This document shows, piece after piece, positions 49,090-57,309 of a DNA stretch of 64,000 nt (positions are counted from its first letter, which is position 1; every line of letters begins with the position of its first letter). The stretch is taken from assembly GCA_947646115.1 (NCBI GenBank), contig CANSFH010000001.1, positions 15,587-79,586 on the forward strand, in the 5' to 3' direction. The notes under the pieces are model-generated. The model worked only from the letters and a program-made list of their open reading frames with translations, did not search any database and was not told the DNA's origin. Position numbers and translations under genes: made by a program. The stretch comes from an uncultured Mycoplasma sp. Its GTDB lineage: Bacteria > Bacillota_I > Bacilli_A > RF39 > UBA660.

Positions 49090-49698
49090 CTAATTGTCTC
49101 CTTTCAAGATATTTAAGAGTTTTATTAATGCTTTCTCGCGATGAGTATGTTTTAATTCTTCTTTAGTTAAATCGTTCATAATCCGTCCAAACTCATCAGC
49201 AATAAATACTGGGCCAAAAGTAAGTCCTCCCATTGTTCCTGTTTTTTCAGCAATGCGTCCTTTAGTTTCACCACGTACAGTTATTATTTCACCATTTTTT
49301 AAAATACAAGTCAAAACGCAAACAAATTTAGCAGTTCTTTTTTCTAAAGGAATATCTTTCATTTCCATTAATAATTTATTGATTGTAATTTCTTGACTAG
49401 CATGATCTCCAGCATATCTAGCTGAATAAACTCCAGGGCGACCATTTAGAGCATCAACACAAAGCCCTGCATCATCAGTAATAATAATTTCATTAATATT
49501 ATTTTCATCACAATATTTTTTTATAGCTTTAGCTTTTATAAGAGAATTTTCTTCAAAAGTATCGCCATCTTCAATTATGTCTTCCGTAAAATTTATATCT
49601 TTTAAAGATAATACTTCATCAGATAATTTATTATTTTGAAAAAAAGCTTTTATTTCGGCTAACTTATCAGGATTGCCACTTCCATATATTATTTTCAT
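49090..49698 (-). CDS. rdgB: non-canonical purine NTP pyrophosphatase (RdgB/HAM1)
   Basis: 202 aa with GSGNPDKLAEIK, EDGDTFEENS and FGYDP-like (FGPVF) motifs. Confidence 0.85.
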   Translation of the reverse strand: MKIIYGSGNPDKLAEIKAFFQNNKLSDEVLSLKDINFTEDIIEDGDTFEENSLIKAKAIKKYCDENNINEIIITDDAGLCVDALNGRPGVYSARYAGDHASQEITINKLLMEMKDIPLEKRTAKFVCVLTCILKNGEIITVRGETKGRIAEKTGTMGGLTFGPVFIADEFGRIMNDLTKEELKHTHREKALIKLLNILKGDN

Positions 49699-49769
49699 AA
49701 TTTCACCTTTTTTAATTATAACATATAGAATATAAAAATTAAATATTTTTAAACATATAAAAAAGCTCT

Positions 49770-51287
49770 TTAATCAGAAGAGCTTTTAAAAGAATGTTTA
49801 ATTAAACCATCTTTATTTAAATAATATAATTCATCAATGACCTCATTAATATATTTTCGATCATGAGAAACACTTATGATTGTTCCTTTAAATTCTTTTA
49901 ACACTTTTCGAATAACAGGGTTTGATAAAGGACTTAAGTTTCTAGTAGGTTCATCTAATATTAAAACATTACATTTATCAAAAACTAATTTGATTAATAA
50001 TAATTTAGCTTTAGTTCCATTACTTAAATCTTTAATTTTTCCAATCATTTCTTCTTGGGTAAAATTCATATTTCCTAAATACTTTCTAAATTTAGTAATA
50101 TCTTCTTTATTTTTAGAATTTAGAAAAGTTAAAACAGTTTCTTCTTCATCCATTACATCTGTATATACTTGAGGCATATAGCCAACTTTAATATCAGTCC
50201 TGTTCTTTAGTTTTAGATATATTTGCTTAATTAAAGTAGATTTACCAATGCCGTTTGGTCCAATGATACATAAATGAACGTTTCCGATTATATCAAGTTT
50301 AATATTTTTAGATAATACCTTTTCATTTATAGCAAGTTTAGGAATATCTAATTTTAGTACAACTTTATTAGTAGGAAGAGAAACATCCTCAAAAAAGAAA
50401 TTAATACTCTCCTCGATTTCTGGTAGTTCAGTTAATTCTAAATTATTTAATTTCTTTTCTTGGGCTTTTAAAGTATGCATTTTCTTTTTTAAAACCTGGG
50501 CGCCATGAGGATCTTTTCGGGATATAACGTTTTGCTCGTGTTCCACTTTTTGCATTACTTTTCGTAATTTTTCCTCTTGTTTAGAAAATGCTCTTTTTTC
50601 AGATTTTGCAATTTGGGTTTGATGGCTAATAGTTTCTAATCTTCTATTAACATAATCATCATAATTGATTTTTAAAATAGTATGTCGACATTGTCTTTTC
50701 TTCTTTAATTGTTCGATATGCAAAATCATATTAGCTGTATCTGATAAAAGGGTTTCGTCATGGGATATATATATTATAGGTTTTGATGTTTTATTAATAA
50801 AGGTCGATAGCCATTCTAATGTTTCAATATCTAAATCATTAGTAGGTTCATCTAGAAATAGAATATCATATCTATTTAGTAAAAGTTTCAAAATACTAAT
50901 TTTAACTCTTTCGCCACCAGATAGATTACTCATAGTTTGATTTAAGATATAATCGTCTATTTTTAAATTTTCTAAATATTTGTAAAATTCATTTACTTTA
51001 TTATAATAATCATAATCATCATGGAATAAATAATCAAAAACTTTTTTATTTAAATCATTTCCATTTAATGATTGTTCTAAATAACCCACAGTGTTTCCTT
51101 TAAAGTTAATTATTCCTGAAACTTCTGCATAATCACATATTCCTAATAATGATTTTAGTAAAGTAGATTTGCCATTTCCTTCTTCACCAATTATGGCTAG
51201 CTTATCACCCTTATTTAAAGTAAAAGATAATGATTCAATTAAATATCTTGTAGATATCATTATATCTACATTTTTAACTTCTAACAT
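49770..51287 (-). CDS. ABC-F family ATPase (no TM domains), candidate ribosome-protection type
   Basis: 505 aa with two NBDs (GEEGNGKST/LSGGE/LFLDEPTN and GPNGIGKST/LSNGT/LILDEPTRN) joined by a charged linker of about 100 aa. AAGGAGG RBS. Confidence 0.85.
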   Translation of the reverse strand: MLEVKNVDIMISTRYLIESLSFTLNKGDKLAIIGEEGNGKSTLLKSLLGICDYAEVSGIINFKGNTVGYLEQSLNGNDLNKKVFDYLFHDDYDYYNKVNEFYKYLENLKIDDYILNQTMSNLSGGERVKISILKLLLNRYDILFLDEPTNDLDIETLEWLSTFINKTSKPIIYISHDETLLSDTANMILHIEQLKKKRQCRHTILKINYDDYVNRRLETISHQTQIAKSEKRAFSKQEEKLRKVMQKVEHEQNVISRKDPHGAQVLKKKMHTLKAQEKKLNNLELTELPEIEESINFFFEDVSLPTNKVVLKLDIPKLAINEKVLSKNIKLDIIGNVHLCIIGPNGIGKSTLIKQIYLKLKNRTDIKVGYMPQVYTDVMDEEETVLTFLNSKNKEDITKFRKYLGNMNFTQEEMIGKIKDLSNGTKAKLLLIKLVFDKCNVLILDEPTRNLSPLSNPVIRKVLKEFKGTIISVSHDRKYINEVIDELYYLNKDGLIKHSFKSSSD

Positions 51288-51305
51288 TACGCCTCCTTAT
51301 ATTTT

Positions 51306-51327
51306 GGCATAATTTAAAGTTTATGCC
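51306..51327 (-). promoter_or_regulatory. leader hairpin between uORF and ABC-F start
   Basis: GGCATAA/TTATGCC 7-bp stem with an 8-nt loop. It sits 4 nt after the uORF stop and ends 18 nt upstream of the ABC-F start codon (7 nt upstream of its RBS). Confidence 0.4.
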
Positions 51328-51331
51328 GAAC

Positions 51332-51352
51332 TTATTTAACTAAAATTCTCAT
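51332..51352 (-). CDS. candidate 6-codon leader peptide (MRILVK)
   Basis: ATG AGA ATT TTA GTT AAA TAA, preceded by GGAGGTG at 5-nt spacing. Located in the 5' leader of the ABC-F gene. Confidence 0.45.
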   Translation of the reverse strand: MRILVK

Positions 51353-51499
51353 CTTCCCACCTCCATTATGGTTAATAAACTTTAAGATTTATTTTAATAT
51401 TATCATAAAACTTATGAAAATTCCATCTTATGATGAAGCTGCCTATATTTTTTTGTTAGATTTATTAATAGTATCATCAGTCATAAATGTTACCTATTT

Positions 51500-51527
51500 A
51501 TAAAAAACTAAGATGTTCCTATCTTAG
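51500..51527 (-). terminator. rho-independent terminator after the acyltransferase gene
   Basis: CTAAGAT/ATCTTAG stem with a 6-nt loop and a U6 run. The stop codon is inside the stem. Confidence 0.65.
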
Positions 51528-52474
51528 TCTAATTTTTGTATTTTAAATATCTTTTCTTTTAAATTGATAAAATAATTGCAGATTATTGCCATAATTATGA
51601 TAATAATAATATTTAGTATATTACTGATTAATCTTTTATCAACATAATGATATACATTATTTGCAATTTTAAAGCCAAAAATCATTTGAAGACCATACAA
51701 CTCTAATGTTGTAGAGCCAATATAGTCAATTAATTTATTTTTCTTGATTTTATCAATTATGAGGATAATGCCAACTATTAATGGAATATATAAAACATAA
51801 TATATTTCTTTAAACCACGTAACTTTAAAGTGATTTTTAAATATATAATATGAAATAGCTATTCCAACAATAGTACTAATTATAGCTAACGCCCAATAGA
51901 TTATTTTATTTTTATCTAGTTTATCAAAAATATCGTATCTAGCAAAATAATAACCTATTAATATTACTGGAATTCTATTTATTAAAATAAACAGTGCATT
52001 GTAATCGCTAAAAGTGCTTATTAAAACTACTGCTAGCACATATGTAATTAATAAAATAAATGGAATTATTTTAGGGAATTTTATATCTAGTTTTTTGATT
52101 AGTGGTAAAGTCAAATAGACTATCATAATTCCGGGGATAAACCATAGAAATGATCCTCCTCCATTTTTAATTAACTCAAAACCGAATATCACACTTAAAA
52201 ATTTTTTTAAGCTCCATTGGAAATAAATAGCTCCTATAATAGAAAAAAATAAGAATTCTAAATATATCTTTTTAAATCTATTGGCAATGAAGTCTTTATA
52301 GTTTATCTTTGATTTTCCAATAGAATATGCTGATATAAAGAAGAATATATCAACACCAATAACACATATTTGCCTTAAATAAATTTCGATTCTTAAATTT
52401 GTAATATTAATCCATAAATGATAAATCAGAATAAGCAATGCTGATATAGCCATTAAACTTTTTTTATTTTTCAT
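51524..52474 (-). CDS. acyltransferase family 3 membrane protein
   Basis: 316 aa with about 9 TM helices and the motif GVDIFFFISAYS. Confidence 0.75.
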   Translation of the reverse strand: MKNKKSLMAISALLILIYHLWINITNLRIEIYLRQICVIGVDIFFFISAYSIGKSKINYKDFIANRFKKIYLEFLFFSIIGAIYFQWSLKKFLSVIFGFELIKNGGGSFLWFIPGIMIVYLTLPLIKKLDIKFPKIIPFILLITYVLAVVLISTFSDYNALFILINRIPVILIGYYFARYDIFDKLDKNKIIYWALAIISTIVGIAISYYIFKNHFKVTWFKEIYYVLYIPLIVGIILIIDKIKKNKLIDYIGSTTLELYGLQMIFGFKIANNVYHYVDKRLISNILNIIIIIIMAIICNYFINLKEKIFKIQKLD

Positions 52475-52482
52475 AATGATTA

Positions 52483-52980
52483 TTATTCTTGTTCAAAATT
52501 CTTTGGTGACATAATGAAGAATACATAATCTCCACTAACTATTGTATGCATTTCGTCTGCTTCTGTACAGATGTTCCATCTTAAATCTGCATTAGATTTT
52601 AGTTCTTCAGAAAATTCTGTGGCATTTTCAACTTCAAAAATATAGGCAACAAATGGAATAGTTCCGATCATTGGTCTAATTGCATAAGCATCTTTGAAAT
52701 CTTTAATTTCTTTTTGAAAACCACTAATGTAGTCTCCTTTTTTAATTTGAGATACATCAACGCTTATTTCAAGAATTTCATTTTCTGCTATTTTTTTAGC
52801 AACTTTTTCAATATCCTTTTCATTTTTTATTTCACTCTCAAATTGTTTGCCCAAAATTATAGCAACAGTTTTTTCTTCTTGTTTTTCTTCTTTTTCTTCA
52901 CTATTAGTACAACCTGTTAATAGGCAAACTGATAGAGATAAAACAATACCCATAATAAAAATAAATTTAAACTTTTTCAT
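52483..52980 (-). CDS. lipoprotein, unknown function
   Basis: 165 aa with lipobox LLTGC. An extended -10 element (TGaTATAAT) lies upstream, around 53012-53020. Confidence 0.6.
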   Translation of the reverse strand: MKKFKFIFIMGIVLSLSVCLLTGCTNSEEKEEKQEEKTVAIILGKQFESEIKNEKDIEKVAKKIAENEILEISVDVSQIKKGDYISGFQKEIKDFKDAYAIRPMIGTIPFVAYIFEVENATEFSEELKSNADLRWNICTEADEMHTIVSGDYVFFIMSPKNFEQE

Positions 52981-53254
52981 AAATCCTCCTCTATATACAT
53001 TATATCACATAAAATTTTTCTTTCTAGTCTTTATTTTATTTTTCGGTAGTCTCTTGAAACATTACATGAATATCTTAAAATATCATATTTTGTAATGATT
53101 ATACAAGGTAAAAAGAGTTCATAATCACTTTCTATTTGTTGGCCTTTTCACGGATACTTGCTTGTACTACAATCAAATTCGGGTAGCAATATATAAACTC
53201 AACTTAACTGATGATTATCATGCATCCAAATTAATTATACCATACTATGCTAAT

Positions 53255-53289
53255 TAAAAATACCTAATTTCTAAAAAAGAAATTAGGTA
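53255..53289 (-). terminator. rho-independent terminator downstream of the abi pseudogene
   Basis: Perfect 11-bp stem TACCTAATTTC/GAAATTAGGTA with a 7-nt loop and a U5 run on the minus strand. Confidence 0.6.
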
Positions 53290-53334
53290 AATTGACTTAA
53301 GGCTTCGTAAGTTTCTTAAATACCAATCAATATT
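53289..53334 (-). repeat. hairpin repeat, copy A
   Basis: Matches copy B at 39 of 45 positions, at an offset of exactly 960 nt. Contains stem ACTTAAG/CTTAAAT. Confidence 0.6.
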
Positions 53335-53357
53335 ATTATATGTACTATTTACCTAAA

Positions 53358-54226
53358 TTATACATTAGGATAACCCATGACTTTTAAAATGACCTGTGCC
53401 TCAATCGATTTAATAGACTCTTTTAGTTTATTAAATTCCGTTTCAACTAACTTAATTAATTCTTAATAATCATCTTTATTTAAAAACTTTTCCATACATC
53501 TAATCAACATATATAAATTAGTTGAATTATTATTTACTTTATATGAACTATCTATTAATTTAAAACTCATAAAAAATTTACTATGAAAAGAAAATAGTCT
53601 ATCCGAATGTGCACAAATATTTCTTGCAAGTGTCATATTAACTAGAATTTGCTTTAATAATTTTGGAGATATATTAAACTTTTTTGCTACTTCATTTCTA
53701 TCTGATTGTTTTAATAATCCATACCATCTACTTATTTGACCAAAAGATAATATTTTAATTGCAACAAATGGAGGTATAAAACCATAATTTTGATCATAAT
53801 GCGTAATTGCTGGATGTTTCCCTTTATTTTTGTTAATTTCTGCATTTATTGAATCAACTATATATCAATATCAGTAGCATTTGCTAAATCATCAAAACTT
53901 TCTTTATTAAGATAATTATCAAGGCCATAATTTTTGGCAAGTATATTACCCATTATACCTCTTATTTTCAATTCAAACTCTAAGGCATACTTCAAAAAGA
54001 TAGTTCTTATATTTTTATCAAAACTATATAAAGAATATATTTCATTAAAACGAACATTTTTAAAATATGTATTATTGCTTTTTTGAAATACATATTTATA
54101 GGTATTAATAACAGAATAATAAGAATAATTATCTATGATATTCAAAGCAATATTTTTATTATCAATAATAACGTTTTTACCTTCTAAATGTTCAATTAAT
54201 TCTTCATTAGTTTTATATTCTTTCAT
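53358..54226 (-). pseudogene. disrupted Abi_2 (AbiD/AbiF-like) abortive-infection gene
   Basis: The N-terminal 122-aa ORF (53858..54226) ends after ...ATDIDI. A shifted frame continues DSINAEINKNKGKHPAITHYDQNYGFIPPFVAIKILSFGQISRWY...LARNICAHSDRLFS (Abi_2 hallmark). An in-frame TAA at 53463-53465 is followed by 34 more codons in the same frame, to 53358. Confidence 0.7.
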
Positions 54227-54248
54227 ATAGTATTTCCCCTTAAAATAA

Positions 54249-54294
54249 AAATTGACTCAGGGCTTCATAAGTTTCCTGAGTACCAATCAATATA
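54249..54294 (-). repeat. hairpin repeat, copy B (in the leader of the abi pseudogene)
   Basis: Perfect stem ACTCAGG/CCTGAGT with a 12-nt loop and a U-rich tail on the minus strand. It lies between a promoter-like site and the abi RBS. Confidence 0.6.
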
Positions 54295-54323
54295 AGTTTA
54301 TCAAATATTAATCTTGTTGTCAA
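54295..54323 (-). promoter_or_regulatory. sigma-A-like promoter upstream of repeat B and abi
   Basis: Minus strand: TTGACA (54318-54323), 17-nt spacer, TAAACT (54295-54300). Confidence 0.5.
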
Positions 54324-54612
54324 TTAAGTTTTGCTTATTGTTTATTTTTTATGACAAATAAAGCTGTTAATATAAAATTAACTTAGAAAGTATATTATAA
54401 TATTTCAGTTATTCATTTTTTTCTTCTTTTTCTTTGTTACTTAATTGCAATTTCATAGCCTCTTCTATTGATGAAAACAATTCACTCACCTTTTTATATA
54501 TTGGATAACATATTTTATCATATTTTTATTATATAGGTGAAGTGATAATTAGATTCTTGTGTCAAAGTTATTAATAATCTCATATTTTTTAAGTTAAGTA
54601 TTTTTTGATATC

Positions 54613-55533
54613 TTACTCTTGATACCCGCCATACATTTCGCCTTTAGAATCTAATTGAATTTCATATCCGTATTCAAAAATATATGCAATACTGAATAAG
54701 AATAATATTTCCATTAAATTTATTGCTTCAAAGCCAATATTTAAGTCAACAGTTAAAATAAACTCAAATATAACACCACTAATATTAGGGAGTATTATAA
54801 AAATAATTAAAAGCCAAGCTATTTTTTTGATATGTGAAACATTTTCTAAAGTAAATGGGGTTTTCCCTTGATTAATATTATTAAATAACATTTCTAAATG
54901 TCTTAGAGCAAGTCTTAGTAAGAATAAACTAATCGTTAAAACTACAAATCCTGTTTCTAAAAAGCCGATGATTTTAAATTTAGAATTATTTTCTAAAATA
55001 TCTTTAAAGCGAATAATATTATCTTCATTTTTTTCATTAGCTATGGTTTTATCATTTAATTTTAATGTAACTTTACCTTCTTCTTCAATTATAACTAGTT
55101 TATCGTTAGAACCATTAAAAGTAAGAACATTATCTTTTAAGTTAATATTCCTTATAAAAAATGGGGTAATAATCATGGTTATAATAATTAAAGGTATAGC
55201 TATCGTAACTAATATTTTACTTATTTTAGCAAGTATGGCGATGGCTTTACTTAAATATTTCATTTTTCTTTGTTTTTCTTCATTTAATTTTACAATTTTC
55301 ATTTGCACTTCTGCATCTAATGAATTTAAGTCAGCTAAATCTTTATGGACTAAATCATTAAGCTTACAATGAAATATTTTACATAAACATAAAATATTAG
55401 TCATTTCGGGATATGCTTCGCCGCATTCCCATTTAGATACACTTTGTCGTGATACGCCAATTCGTTCAGCTAGACTTTCTTGAGATAAGCCTATTTGTTT
55501 TCGTAAATTTTTGAGATTTTCTCCAAATTTCAT
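54613..55533 (-). CDS. XRE-family HTH fused to DUF2975-like membrane domain
   Basis: 306 aa. N-terminal HTH (LKNLRKQIGLSQESLAERIGVSRQSVSKWECGEAYP), several TM helices, and a C-terminus IFEYGYEIQLDSKGEMY of the DUF2975 type. Extended -10 TGaTATAAT upstream. Confidence 0.7.
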   Translation of the reverse strand: MKFGENLKNLRKQIGLSQESLAERIGVSRQSVSKWECGEAYPEMTNILCLCKIFHCKLNDLVHKDLADLNSLDAEVQMKIVKLNEEKQRKMKYLSKAIAILAKISKILVTIAIPLIIITMIITPFFIRNINLKDNVLTFNGSNDKLVIIEEEGKVTLKLNDKTIANEKNEDNIIRFKDILENNSKFKIIGFLETGFVVLTISLFLLRLALRHLEMLFNNINQGKTPFTLENVSHIKKIAWLLIIFIILPNISGVIFEFILTVDLNIGFEAINLMEILFLFSIAYIFEYGYEIQLDSKGEMYGGYQE

Positions 55534-55643
55534 TAGATGTATCTCCTTTCATCACTTAAATCTTATGTTATTTTGTAAAAACTTTCTACCAACTTTCGGT
55601 TGCATATTTTTATTATATCAAAAAAAAACACTTTAGTAGTATT

Positions 55644-56582
55644 TTATTCTTCTTCACTTTCAGGATTAACTCTAGCTCTTTTAGGATTAATTTCTTTATT
55701 AAAGGCATTATCAAAAGAAGTACGTAATTCATTTAACATTGCTATAGTAATTGGATTACCATTTTCTATAATTCTATTTTCTACTTGTTCTTTTAAAGTA
55801 CTTACAGGATAAATAAGTTTACTTTGATAAGCTTCAGCACTTAGAGAAACAATATTACTTACGCCACTTGTAATTCTTTCTGTACTATATACTAAACGTT
55901 CACAGTCTCTACTTGTAACCATCCAAGCTAATCTACTATCTTCATCATTATAGTATGATGATACATAAATAGAATCGGGAGTGCGACTGGCAAATGTTCT
56001 TTGTATTTCTATTAAAAAATTTATTCCTTTTTGATTTAATTCTATACTTTCTAAATCATTTTCTTCTTTTTTTTCTATATATAAAAATATATCTTCTTCA
56101 TCTTCACCAATATAAATATAAAAATATGGGAAACCTGTTCCTAAACAAATAGAGTAGCCTTTAGGTTTACCATCTAAATAACCACTGCCAAGATTACTAT
56201 CCCAATGAGGTAACATAATATTTATACCTTTATTGCGAAATTGGCTAAAACTTTTTTTAGATTTAAGCCAATATGGTTCTTCGCCAAAAATATTTATAAA
56301 TATTTGTCTAATTTTTTCTTCTGTTTCATTAAATTTAGGTTTATTCATCGCTCTATTTCTTCTTTTTAATCTTTCTTCATCAGATAAATATTTACTAGTA
56401 ATTAAACCTAAGTCATATAAAATACCACTATAAGATTCTATTAATTCTTTTCTTTCAGTTAATTTTAAAGCATAAAAAGAAGCTGATAGTATTTCAAAAT
56501 TACTAGCAATTATTGTTTCTTGTTCTTTACCTTCAGTGTTCTTTATTAAATTTAATAATTCTATTATTTCTTCTTTAAACAT
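55644..56582 (-). CDS. hypothetical protein (312 aa), orphan
   Basis: Clean ORF with an AAGGAG RBS and its own promoter-like site: TTGCTT (56628-56633), 16-nt spacer, TGcTATTAT (-10 at 56606-56611). No family recognised. Confidence 0.5.
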   Translation of the reverse strand: MFKEEIIELLNLIKNTEGKEQETIIASNFEILSASFYALKLTERKELIESYSGILYDLGLITSKYLSDEERLKRRNRAMNKPKFNETEEKIRQIFINIFGEEPYWLKSKKSFSQFRNKGINIMLPHWDSNLGSGYLDGKPKGYSICLGTGFPYFYIYIGEDEEDIFLYIEKKEENDLESIELNQKGINFLIEIQRTFASRTPDSIYVSSYYNDEDSRLAWMVTSRDCERLVYSTERITSGVSNIVSLSAEAYQSKLIYPVSTLKEQVENRIIENGNPITIAMLNELRTSFDNAFNKEINPKRARVNPESEEE

Positions 56583-56619
56583 ATAAAATTACTCCTTGTA
56601 AAAATATAATAGCATAATA

Positions 56620-56659
56620 ATTTTAAAAAGCAAAGAAAAAGCTTTAAAACCTAAAGCTT
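56620..56659 (-). terminator. rho-independent terminator upstream of the 312-aa gene
   Basis: AAGCTTT/AAAGCTT 7-bp stem with a 7-nt loop and a U-rich tail on the minus strand. Confidence 0.5.
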
Positions 56660-56681
56660 AAGATAACTATTTATTAAAATT

Positions 56682-57000
56682 TTATTTAAAACCGTATTTA
56701 TAATAATTGCTATTTTCTAAATATGTAGCCATAGTATTTGTTACTTCTTCTTTTATATAAGCATTTATTTTAAAATGATAAGTTATTCAGATATTTGCTA
56801 TATCGCTAGGAACATCTAAAAGCTCTTGATTAATATTAAAATCTATTGGCAACCTTATTATACGTAACTCAATTAGCAGAATTTTTATTATGATAAAAAT
56901 AAGGTATACTACATTTTTTATATTTATGATATTTTATTTTCTCTTTAATATCATATTTTTCGTTTTTATTTTCTGCAAATTTATCACCAAATATATTTAT
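56682..57000 (-). pseudogene. degraded coding remnant (frameshift plus in-frame TGA)
   Basis: Own translation. ...KDLNKYIFGDKFAENKNEKYDIKEKIKYHKYKKCSIPYFYHNKNSAN, stop. A shifted frame reads LIELRIIRLPIDFNINQELLDVPSDIANI, in-frame TGA, then ITYHFKINAYIKEEVTNTMATYLENSNYYKYGFK, stop at 56682. Confidence 0.35.
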
Positions 57001-57033
57001 TTAAATCTTTAAAATATATATAAATCTACTAGT

Positions 57034-57309
57034 CTATCTAACCGAATTTCTTTTTAAATATTCCGCTAAATTTTCTTCTGTTAAAACACCATTTGATTTG
57101 GGTATTAAATCACCATAATGATAACCATCATGTTGCACTATTTCTCGAAAATCAATTATAGTTAAATAAAATCTTCGGCCTGTTATATAAGGTGTTTTTT
57201 TAAATATTCCAACATTTTCAAATCTTCGAGCATTTATCTTATCTTCTTTTTCTTTTGAAAATTTTTCAAATATTTTAATCTTTTCATCAGTTATATCTTT
57301 TCGAAACAA
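57034..57309 (-). CDS. 91-aa ORF (TTG start, no RBS), possibly the displaced C-terminal part of the upstream gene
   Basis: It overlaps the 177-aa ORF by 23 nt. Its frame is open for another 20 codons upstream with no ATG and no Shine-Dalgarno sequence. Confidence 0.35.
   Translation of the reverse strand: MFRKDITDEKIKIFEKFSKEKEDKINARRFENVGIFKKTPYITGRRFYLTIIDFREIVQHDGYHYGDLIPKSNGVLTEENLAEYLKRNSVR

Noticed and set aside
54412-54490. 25-codon minus-strand ORF (V/MSELFSSIEEAMKLQLSNKEKEEKNE) between the XRE-DUF2975 gene and the abi promoter
   Set aside because: It has a non-ATG start, ambiguous RBS spacing and no recognisable family. It could be a relic of a decayed gene. The evidence is insufficient for a call.
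56788-56790. The in-frame TGA in the 56682-57000 remnant as selenocysteine or other recoding
   Set aside because: The surrounding sequence also carries a frameshift and lacks a start codon. No SECIS-like hairpin follows the TGA, and neighbouring genes are likewise decayed. A pseudogene is the simpler explanation.
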